Assembly: GCA_037147375.1 (NCBI GenBank) | Contig: JBAWVI010000030.1 | Span: 1-10,083 of the forward strand | Direction: 5' to 3' | From: an archaeon | Lineage (GTDB): Archaea; Iainarchaeota; Iainarchaeia; Iainarchaeales; CSSED10-239 | DNA length: 10,083 nucleotides | In this document: positions 1-6,336 of the stretch, one piece after another | Layout: every line of letters begins with the position of its first letter | Numbering within the stretch: position 1 is the first letter of the stretch | Notes under the pieces: model-generated | What the model was told of the DNA's origin: nothing | The model's input: only the letters and a program-made list of their open reading frames with translations | Database searches by the model: none | Program-made: the position numbers and the translations under genes

Positions 1-45
1 TATGGTTGCAATTAAAGCGCTTACTGACTTCTTTGTCCTAAACAT
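1..45 (-). CDS. First 15 codons of an archaeal type IV pilin-like protein; the gene continues past the left edge
   Basis: Reverse complement of 1..45 reads ATG TTT AGG ACA AAG AAG TCA GTA AGC GCT TTA ATT GCA ACC ATA = MFRTKKSVSALIATI. This is the same basic leader plus VSALIATI core as the 8438..8923 gene (MKFKKGVSALIATILL). AAAGGAGATGA (minus strand, 54..64) lies 8 nt upstream of the ATG. It is absent from the ORF track only because the window edge truncates it. Confidence 0.55.
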   Translation of the reverse strand, partial: MFRTKKSVSALIATI

Positions 46-245
46 AAATATAATCATCTCCTTTATATATAATATAAGTAAAATATATGAAGAACATTAG
101 ATTTAAATATCTTTAGATTTATTTACTTTTGTCTCAAAGCTGATTATGATAACACTTATTTCAAAATAATTAGATTAAATTACAGTTTAGTTATAGGGGA
201 ATATATTTAAATTAAATGCTTCAGTAAATAAGATATTGGATACAT

Positions 246-434
246 ATGAGACTTACTGAACTTATATCTGATTCAAAAGCACAAATATCTGCTGAAATGA
301 TCATTCTTCTTGCTGCAATAATTGCAATCGTACTTGTTGTTGTTACTCAATTGCAAAAAACCACAAGTAAAGCAAATTCAAAAGTGGATGCACAAGCAGA
401 TAAAGTTTTTGATAAGGTTGATGAGATTAACTAA
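246..434 (+). CDS. Small (62 aa) class III signal peptide / pilin-like protein, QxSxE type
   Basis: N-terminus is MRLTELISDSKA-QISAEMIILLAAIIAIVLVVV. QISAEMIIL fits the QXSXEXXXL motif that defines the archaeal class III signal peptide family (Pfam PF04021), and a single hydrophobic helix and short polar tail follow. The stop lies 1 nt before the next gene. Confidence 0.75.
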   Translation: MRLTELISDSKAQISAEMIILLAAIIAIVLVVVTQLQKTTSKANSKVDAQADKVFDKVDEIN

Positions 435-435
435 A

Positions 436-849
436 ATGAATACTGAGAAAGCACAGGTTTCACTTGAATACATTCTAATAGTTGGTGCAGTTGTTTCCCT
501 TCTTTTAATAATCGTTACTACATCTGGTGTTCTTTACAAAAAGAATATATCTGCAATAGATGATAGAGAACTTCTTAAAATAGGAGATAAGTTACAATAT
601 ATCTTGGACACTCTTGAACTAATGCCTGCAGGAACTGAAACGATTATTGTTAATCCAGAAGTAACTTGGTCTCTTGAATACAAGGACTATTCAAAGAAAA
701 CAATACTTTTAGGAAATGGAAACAAAGAAAAACCTATTTCTTCTATATCTGATATATATCTTGAAAAAAACTCAATTTCTGGAAAATCAGAAATAATTAT
801 TAATAAGATTGATTATAAGATATATATTGATATAAAATTGGTAAAATAA
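436..849 (+). CDS. Class III signal peptide / pilin-like protein, QxSxE type, 137 aa
   Basis: The ATG at 436 gives MNTEKA-QVSLEYILIVGAVVSLLLIIV, a short charged leader followed by Q-x-S-x-E and a hydrophobic helix. The track ORF start at 322 would overlap the 246..434 gene and add a non-pilin-like extension, so 436 is preferred. ATG 421 remains possible. Confidence 0.7.
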   Translation: MNTEKAQVSLEYILIVGAVVSLLLIIVTTSGVLYKKNISAIDDRELLKIGDKLQYILDTLELMPAGTETIIVNPEVTWSLEYKDYSKKTILLGNGNKEKPISSISDIYLEKNSISGKSEIIINKIDYKIYIDIKLVK

Positions 850-850
850 A

Positions 851-1366
851 ATGGACATTAACTTAACATTATCTCGTGTTTTCTTCCCAGGAATCATTTT
901 GCATGAACTAAGTCATGCAATTGCATGCGTTGCTCTTGGAGTTAAGATTAAGAAAATAAAATGGATAAGTAAAGAAGGTGGGTTTGTAATCCACGAACAT
1001 AATAAATCATATAAAACAATAATCATCTCTGTTATGCCTTTCTTTCTAAACATAGTTTATGCAATTGCTTGTGCTTTATTATTTACAACAAACGTTGGTC
1101 CAATTCTTAAAGTAGTCTTGCTTTGGATTGGTGCAAGTGCACTATTCTTTTGTTTACCAAGCAAGGACGATTCAAAGAATGTTTTTGATTCAGTTAAGGA
1201 TAGTTATACAAAAAAGCAATCTATTCTAAGATGGCTTTACAAGATAATCTTAATCCCAGTAACCTTAGTAATCCTAATTCTTTGCTGGATATTTATGATA
1301 CTTGATGAATCTCTATTCTTCAGATTGCTTTTAATAATATTCTGGGTATATTTGTTTATAATTTAG
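851..1366 (+). CDS. Polytopic membrane protein with an HExxH zinc-metalloprotease motif (M50/S2P-like or DUF3267-like)
   Basis: HELSH at 902..916 sits in the context FFPGIILHELSHAIACVALGVKIKKIKWISKEGGF. This resembles the S2P/M50 signature HExGHxxxA..GV.v..i.l.p.GG. At least four further hydrophobic segments follow. The start lies 1 nt after the preceding stop, with a GGTAA partial SD 6 nt upstream. Confidence 0.65.
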   Translation: MDINLTLSRVFFPGIILHELSHAIACVALGVKIKKIKWISKEGGFVIHEHNKSYKTIIISVMPFFLNIVYAIACALLFTTNVGPILKVVLLWIGASALFFCLPSKDDSKNVFDSVKDSYTKKQSILRWLYKIILIPVTLVILILCWIFMILDESLFFRLLLIIFWVYLFII

Positions 1367-1380
1367 GAGAAAAGATAAAT

Positions 1381-1926
1381 ATGAGTGTAAAAATTACATA
1401 TTTTGTTCATGGAACAACAACAGATAATCTTCAAGATCTTGCAACTGGTTGGGAGCAAGGAGAATTATCAGAAAAAGGAATAACCCAATCAATTGAGCTT
1501 GCTAATCTTGTATCCCATCTTAATTTTGATGTAATCATTTGTTCGGATCTAAAGAGAGCAATTGATTCTGCAAACTATGCATTCAAAAACAAATATCCAA
1601 TTATACAAGATAAAAGAATAAGAGAAGCAAATTATGGAGACTTTACTTTAAAACCATCTAAAGAATTTAAAGATAGGTTAGTTGAATATATTGATAAACC
1701 ATTTCCAAATGGAGAAAGTTATAAAGATGTAGAAAAAAGAATGCTTGATTTCATTAATTATCTTAAAAAAGAATATGATGGAAAGCACATTGGAATTGTT
1801 GCTCACCAAGCACCTCAACTTGCACTTGATGTTTTACTTAATAAAAAAACTTGGAAAGAAGCTATTGAAGAAGATTGGAGACTATCAAAAGCATGGAGAC
1901 CAGGTTGGGAATATAGTATTGAATAA
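1381..1926 (+). CDS. Histidine phosphatase family protein (phosphoglycerate-mutase-like fold)
   Basis: Family landmarks are present: ITYFVHGTTTDN (RHGxxxxN block, with V in place of R), CSDLKRAIDSA (SxLxRAxxTA block), IREANYGDF (E..yG block), PNGESY, and GIVAHQAP (second catalytic His). An AGGAG SD lies 11 nt upstream. Confidence 0.8.
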   Translation: MSVKITYFVHGTTTDNLQDLATGWEQGELSEKGITQSIELANLVSHLNFDVIICSDLKRAIDSANYAFKNKYPIIQDKRIREANYGDFTLKPSKEFKDRLVEYIDKPFPNGESYKDVEKRMLDFINYLKKEYDGKHIGIVAHQAPQLALDVLLNKKTWKEAIEEDWRLSKAWRPGWEYSIE

Positions 1927-1940
1927 ACAACAAATTATGA

Positions 1941-1960
1941 GCTTTTTTGTTTATTATTTG
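1941..1960 (+). terminator. Oligo-T tract after the 246..1926 gene string (archaeal-type terminator candidate)
   Basis: GCTTTTTTGTTTATTATTTG begins 15 nt after the stop. Archaeal RNA polymerase terminates at oligo-T runs. T-rich strings are common in DNA this AT-rich, so confidence is low. Confidence 0.3.
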
Positions 1961-2071
1961 AATAAAAGTAGTGTTTAAAAACTATTTTCTGCACCATATT
2001 ATATAGATTATAGGAACTTTGTTAAGATATATATAGTTTATGTTACATATATAGATAGGGGGTATATTTAT

Positions 2072-2821
2072 ATGATTAGATTAAATATTAAAGATATTAA
2101 AGAGTTTAATAAAAGCATAGATGCTATTGGTGTATTAATCAACGAAGGTTTATTTGTTGTTGATAAAGAAAAAATATACTTGAGAGCAACGGATCCTAGT
2201 CAAATAAGTTTAATTGATTTTGTAATGCCTAAAGATGCATTCGATGAATTTGTAGTTGACTTAGGAACTGAAAGCAAGATTTCTTTTGGAATAAATATAA
2301 ATAACTTAATCCAAATTCTTTCTCACTCAAATGCTGATGATAAACTTTTACTTGAAATTAAAGAAAACAAATCAAACATATTAATTGAGCTTGTTGGAAA
2401 ATCAAGAAGAGCATTTACTATTCCATTAATTGATGTTTCAGATCAAGAACAACCTTTACCAAAGATCCAATCAGATGTTACTGTTCAAATAAACGGAGAA
2501 CAACTTCTTTCTGGGATTAAGGATGCAACTTTATTTTCTTCACATATCACACTTAAAGCAGAAGATAATAAGTTTAGTATGGAAACACAAAGTAGTAAAG
2601 GAAAATTTAAGCAAGATATTGATGCTGAATCAAAGAATGTAGTAATTTCAGGAAACAAAGCAAAAGCAATGTATCCACTTGATTATTTACAGAACATGAT
2701 TAAGAATTCAAAGGGAATAATCACAATAAAGCTTAAAGATGATATGCCACTTGAATTAAGTTATACAATAGGTAAGGCAGCAGTAAGATACTTCCTTGCT
2801 CCAAGAGTAGATTCTGAATAG
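2072..2821 (+). CDS. pcn: DNA polymerase sliding clamp (PCNA)
   Basis: Length is 249 aa. The N-terminal block is FNKSIDAIGVLINEGLFVVDKEKIYLRATDPSQISLIDF and the C-terminus is VRYFLAPRVDSE, both typical of archaeal PCNA. AGGGGGT SD-like motif lies 8 nt upstream. Confidence 0.93.
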   Translation: MIRLNIKDIKEFNKSIDAIGVLINEGLFVVDKEKIYLRATDPSQISLIDFVMPKDAFDEFVVDLGTESKISFGININNLIQILSHSNADDKLLLEIKENKSNILIELVGKSRRAFTIPLIDVSDQEQPLPKIQSDVTVQINGEQLLSGIKDATLFSSHITLKAEDNKFSMETQSSKGKFKQDIDAESKNVVISGNKAKAMYPLDYLQNMIKNSKGIITIKLKDDMPLELSYTIGKAAVRYFLAPRVDSE

Positions 2822-2830
2822 GATCAACTC

Positions 2831-2847
2831 TTTTCTTTCTTCTTTTT
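2831..2847 (+). terminator. T-rich tract directly after PCNA
   Basis: TTTTCTTTCTTCTTTTT begins 10 nt after the PCNA stop, in the 24-nt convergent spacer. Confidence 0.35.
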
Positions 2848-3325
2848 AATTAATTATTTTTAGTTCTTTTAATTTATTTCTAGTTTTAATATCCCCTAAG
2901 TTCAAAATAAAAGTTGGTAAATCTTTTAGAACAATACTTGTTGTTTCTCCATTTTTAAGTTTAACTTTTGCAACATCAAGTCCATTACAATAAATAATCT
3001 TGACTATTCCTTTTTCTTTTAAACTTTTTGTAAATAAATCTAATTTATGAACATCAAACTCAAGATTGTATTTATGTATTAATTTAGGATAACTAACAAA
3101 CATCCAACTAGTTACATCAAGCTTAGCAACTGGATCTTTTTTATAAATTGTATTTATTTTTTTGTGAAATATTTGATACCCTGTTCGTATATTACTTACA
3201 CTAAAATCCCTAAGTGGATTCATTATGGACATATGATATGTGTGTCCTTCTTTTTCATAAGTAACAATAGGAGATCTTAATTTTTTTTTAATTTGCTTGA
3301 TAATTGGCTTTATTTTTTTGAACAT
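2846..3325 (-). CDS. Hypothetical protein, 159 aa, basic N-terminus, tightly coupled downstream of orc1/cdc6
   Basis: The ATG at 3325 lies 5 nt after the orc1/cdc6 stop at 3331. The ORF is open and non-overlapping and begins MFKKIKPIIKQIKKKLR. I recognise no family. Confidence 0.6.
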   Translation of the reverse strand: MFKKIKPIIKQIKKKLRSPIVTYEKEGHTYHMSIMNPLRDFSVSNIRTGYQIFHKKINTIYKKDPVAKLDVTSWMFVSYPKLIHKYNLEFDVHKLDLFTKSLKEKGIVKIIYCNGLDVAKVKLKNGETTSIVLKDLPTFILNLGDIKTRNKLKELKIIN

Positions 3326-3330
3326 ATATT

Positions 3331-4422
3331 TTATTCCTTCTTTAATAATTCTGGATCTACACTTAAAGTAACTCTTCTCTTTTCTGCTTTTCCAACCCTA
3401 TAAGTTTCTATCTTGATAAGCTCGAGCTTTTCAAGGTTCTCAAGATAACGTCTAATTGTTCTTTCAGAAAACTTAAGTTTAACATAAAGAGTTGATACAT
3501 CTATTCCTTCATCTATTGCTAAAAGAAGCTCATACTCTTCTGGATGAAGATATCTAATCTTTTCAGAAAGCTTAACAGAATCAACAAGCCTTGCAGATGA
3601 AAGGAGAAGGTCTTTTGTAATCTCTGATTGTCCAAGTTTTTCTGTATTCTTTCCAGCCTTGTAAAGAAGATCGATTGCAATCCTTGCATCTCCTCCACGT
3701 CCAGATGCAAATCCAGCAATATAACCAATAAGATCTTCAGATATAATTCCAGGAACTAAACCATATTCAATTCTTTCTTTTAATATTTCTTTAATTTCTT
3801 GTGGTTTATATTTTGGAAATTCAAGATCTGATAAAAATAAAGTACTTTGAGTTCTATTATCAAGTTCAAGAATAAATGATTTATAATTTGTGACTAATAT
3901 TAATGTAAAATATCTTTTTCCAACATTAAATCTAGCTAAATCATATAAGAGTTTAGAAGTTTCTTCTTTATCCATCTTATCAATTTCGTCTAAGATAATA
4001 ATTGGAGAAAAATCAGCTTTAGAAAATAATTCTTGAGTTCTTGAAAGAATTTCATCTATTGCAAGACCACGTCTTGGAAGGATTCCACCAAACAAAGAAA
4101 CAACTTTTGAAAGAACCGCAACTCTTGTGTTTTCTTTAATTAAATTAATATAAGTAAAGTTTACTTTTTTAGTATATTCACATAATTCTTTTAAAACAAA
4201 ATTTGTAATTAAGGTTTTACCTGTTCCAGGTGGACCATAAACCAAAACATTATTTGCTTTCTTTTGAACTAAAAGTGGTTTTAATAAAAACGTAAGTTCT
4301 TTAATTTGTGTTTCACGACAAGTAATGCTTAAAGGAAAATAATCTGGATAAAAAACAGACTCATCTTTAAAGATAGGTTTGCCTTCTAAATCATTCTTCT
4401 CTGAAAATATATTTTTCTTCAT
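3331..4422 (-). CDS. orc1/cdc6: Orc1/Cdc6 replication initiator (AAA+ ATPase with C-terminal winged helix)
   Basis: Walker A is VYGPPGTGKT, Walker B is IIILDEIDKM, and sensor 1 is LILVTN. ARIAIDLL and a C-terminal winged-helix-like segment (RTIRRYLENLEKLELIK) are also present. The track start at 4437 is a TTG; the first ATG is at 4422 (MKKNIF...), 28 nt downstream of the centre of a TTTATATA box. Confidence 0.93.
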   Translation of the reverse strand: MKKNIFSEKNDLEGKPIFKDESVFYPDYFPLSITCRETQIKELTFLLKPLLVQKKANNVLVYGPPGTGKTLITNFVLKELCEYTKKVNFTYINLIKENTRVAVLSKVVSLFGGILPRRGLAIDEILSRTQELFSKADFSPIIILDEIDKMDKEETSKLLYDLARFNVGKRYFTLILVTNYKSFILELDNRTQSTLFLSDLEFPKYKPQEIKEILKERIEYGLVPGIISEDLIGYIAGFASGRGGDARIAIDLLYKAGKNTEKLGQSEITKDLLLSSARLVDSVKLSEKIRYLHPEEYELLLAIDEGIDVSTLYVKLKFSERTIRRYLENLEKLELIKIETYRVGKAEKRRVTLSVDPELLKKE

Positions 4423-4445
4423 AAAATCGCAACACAAAAACTTAT

Positions 4446-4453
4446 TATATAAA
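4446..4453 (-). promoter_or_regulatory. TATA-box candidate for orc1/cdc6; the transcript may be leaderless
   Basis: The minus strand reads TTTATATA, matching the archaeal TTTAWATA consensus. Its centre is about 28 nt from ATG 4422 and no SD lies between. TATA-like strings are frequent in this composition. Confidence 0.35.
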
Positions 4454-4615
4454 CTCGAATTTTAATAGTAATTAGATATAAAAGTAAATGAAAATGTATT
4501 TATACCTTTGTTTCTTTCGGCATAATCAAAAGAAATGATGCTTGGCCAGCTACCCCCCTCCCATAAGCATATAGGTAAGAATTCCATAGTATTACACAAA
4601 CGAGAGGTGAATTAT

Positions 4616-4792
4616 ATGATAATGAATAAGATATATAGAAAGGAATTAACTGACTTTACAACAAACACTCTTCTAAGAATGAAGCATTCTATTCTTAAGA
4701 AAGCAGAGAATGAAAAAATATTACCAAAGAGCTACACACACATGCTAGTTGATGTGTTGTCTGAGCTTGATTCAAGAAGACTAAACAATTAA
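4616..4792 (+). CDS. Small hypothetical protein, 58 aa (or 85 aa if started at 4535)
   Basis: GAGAGGTGA lies 5 nt upstream of ATG 4616 and is the best SD in the spacer. The predicted protein MIMNKIYRKELTDFTTNTLLRMKHSILKKAENEK... looks helical and has no recognised family. It may not be a real gene. Confidence 0.35.
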   Translation: MIMNKIYRKELTDFTTNTLLRMKHSILKKAENEKILPKSYTHMLVDVLSELDSRRLNN

Positions 4793-4851
4793 TTATATGT
4801 TACTTAGAAGATAAGAGATAAAAAGGTAATTAATAATTAACATTAATATTC

Positions 4852-5367
4852 ATGAATATATGTTTATTCAATGGTGCATCTAGAAAAGCATTCATTTCAA
4901 TTATTACCTTATTCTTTGTATCTATTTTTCTCTTATTTACATTTACAGATGTGCCTAGTCCAAGTACAAATGATTTAATTATTATTGATCAAGCAGAGAC
5001 TCAAAAAGCAGGAACCATTAAAGATATTGAGAGATTAATTTCTTTTTCTTTAAATACTTCAGAAGATGATCCAGAAACTTTAAAAGTAATAGTAAACACT
5101 AGATTATCAACATACATGGAAACCAAAGATTTCTTTGTATACAATAAAGTAACTGCAACAAAAAAAACACTTAATTTTATTGAACTAAATAATTTATCAA
5201 GAGTTATTGTTTACAAACCCACAGAACAGATTACAATTAAAAAATATATTTTCACGAATGGGATACTTAAAAATAATTTTATTTCTTTCCAAGTAAACAC
5301 AAACAAATACAACACAAAATATAGTTTCCCTGATGGATATGAGGTGATTGTAGTTGTTTATAATTAA
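4852..5367 (+). CDS. Hypothetical secreted or membrane-anchored protein with a prepilin-like N-terminus
   Basis: N-terminus is MNICLFNGASRKA-FISIITLFFVSIFLLFTF (K-A followed by a hydrophobic helix). It is the first gene of a run of overlapping genes. Confidence 0.6.
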   Translation: MNICLFNGASRKAFISIITLFFVSIFLLFTFTDVPSPSTNDLIIIDQAETQKAGTIKDIERLISFSLNTSEDDPETLKVIVNTRLSTYMETKDFFVYNKVTATKKTLNFIELNNLSRVIVYKPTEQITIKKYIFTNGILKNNFISFQVNTNKYNTKYSFPDGYEVIVVVYN

Positions 5368-5608
5368 ATCAAAGAACGCACAAATATCAATTGAGTTTAT
5401 ATTATCTTTATTAATTTTATTAATAATTATCTTATTATTCTTAAAAACAAATATTTCTTTTAAAAATAAACTTGAAACTAAAATTAATTATAATAATTAT
5501 AATGAAAGTGTTTGTGTGATGAAGGATATATATCTTAATCAAAAAAATGGGGTGATAGTTAATGACTCATGTAAGATTTTTAGAGAAAGGACAAGTAATG
5601 ATTCTTGA
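5354..5608 (+). CDS. Small class III signal peptide protein, QxSxE type, with a TTG start
   Basis: TTG at 5354 is preceded by GAGGTGA (5341..5347) with a 6-nt spacer. The product is (M)FIIKSKNA-QISIEFILSLLILLIIILLF. The first in-frame ATG lies far downstream. The gene overlaps the preceding one by 14 nt. Confidence 0.6.
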   Translation: MFIIKSKNAQISIEFILSLLILLIIILLFLKTNISFKNKLETKINYNNYNESVCVMKDIYLNQKNGVIVNDSCKIFRERTSNDS

Positions 5609-5966
5609 TTTATTATTATTATTAATAATCGTAATATTAATAATATCAATTGAAGAAAAAACAATAACAAACTATAAGCTTAATATTCTAAATAGTGAAC
5701 AAGATTTAAACTTATTAAAAGAAAGCTTGATTGTTGAACAACTAATATCAGATTGTAATTATTTAGCAATCTTAAATACAGACACGAAGGTATGCTATAA
5801 AAACAAAATAGAAATTAAAAATATTAATAATCTTCCTCCAATTATTTGTAAGATAAGTATAGATGGAATAAAATATTTTGATACAGGAAACATAAAGAAC
5901 GTTCATAAGAGAGGGATAGTTTATAATAATAAATTTGGGTTATTGGAAGTTGGTTTCTGTGAATAA
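5562..5966 (+). CDS. Hypothetical protein with a prepilin-like N-terminus (KG-Q type) and four Cys
   Basis: GGTGA (5551..5555) lies 6 nt before ATG 5562. N-terminus is MTHVRFLEKG-QVMILDLLLLLIIVILIISI. The gene overlaps the preceding one by 47 nt. Confidence 0.6.
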   Translation: MTHVRFLEKGQVMILDLLLLLIIVILIISIEEKTITNYKLNILNSEQDLNLLKESLIVEQLISDCNYLAILNTDTKVCYKNKIEIKNINNLPPIICKISIDGIKYFDTGNIKNVHKRGIVYNNKFGLLEVGFCE

Positions 5967-6336
5967 TAACCCATATAATTCTAGAAAAGGAATAATATTT
6001 ACAATTGATGGACTTTTAGCACTTACATTTATAGGGATATTTATTATTGTTCTTGGATCTCAAGCAAACACAAATGAAATAGAAAAATATCAAATAAATA
6101 AACTAATTGGAGACTTACTCATTACTTCTCAAGAGTTTTCTATAGATAATACAATAGATTTAGAAATAAACTATCACAAACTATTTGGAGAAAAAAAAGG
6201 ATATATTATTGTAAATACGAACAAAATCGAAATAAATAAAGAAGATGATACTAAAACCAAATTAATTACCCAAAGGATAAACTATATTAATATATCTAAC
6301 TATGAAATATATATTGAAGTAGGAGTGTATTATTAG
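5959..6336 (+). CDS. Hypothetical protein with a prepilin-like N-terminus; non-ATG start
   Basis: The ORF contains no ATG codon at all. Candidate starts are TTG 5935 (track), TTG 5950 and GTG 5959. GTG 5959 has GGAAG 9 nt upstream and gives a 10-aa leader, (M)NNNPYNSRKG-IIFTIDGLLALTFIGIFIIVLG. The stop abuts the dph5 ATG. Confidence 0.55.
   Translation: MNNNPYNSRKGIIFTIDGLLALTFIGIFIIVLGSQANTNEIEKYQINKLIGDLLITSQEFSIDNTIDLEINYHKLFGEKKGYIIVNTNKIEINKEDDTKTKLITQRINYINISNYEIYIEVGVYY

Noticed and set aside
169-180. ATTAGATTAAAT also occurs at 2075..2086 (start of PCNA); considered as a shared regulatory motif
   Set aside because: At this base composition, many exact 11-12-mer matches are expected by chance within 10 kb. 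The second copy is inside coding sequence (codons for IRLN).
322-435. N-terminal extension of track ORF 322..849 (MQSYLLLLLNCKK...)
   Set aside because: It overlaps almost all of the well-supported 246..434 gene in another frame. The ATG at 436 yields a canonical short leader plus QVSLE class III signal peptide, so the extension is most likely not translated.
1745-1978. 77-aa plus-strand ORF
   Set aside because: It lies in an alternative frame inside the histidine phosphatase gene. It has a low-complexity Leu/Lys-rich product, no SD and no family resemblance.
3519-3728. 69-aa minus-strand ORF
   Set aside because: It is nested out of frame inside orc1/cdc6, whose frame carries all the AAA+ motifs.
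4423-4437. TTG start extending Orc1/Cdc6 by five residues (MCCDF)
   Set aside because: The codon at 4437 is TTG with no SD. ATG 4422 sits at leaderless distance from a TTTATATA box.
4536-4655. Possible C/D-box sRNA (ATGATGC at 4535..4541, CTGA at about 4650)
   Set aside because: The C-like and D-like boxes are about 110 nt apart, roughly twice the archaeal C/D sRNA length. I found no convincing internal D'/C' pair or terminal stem.
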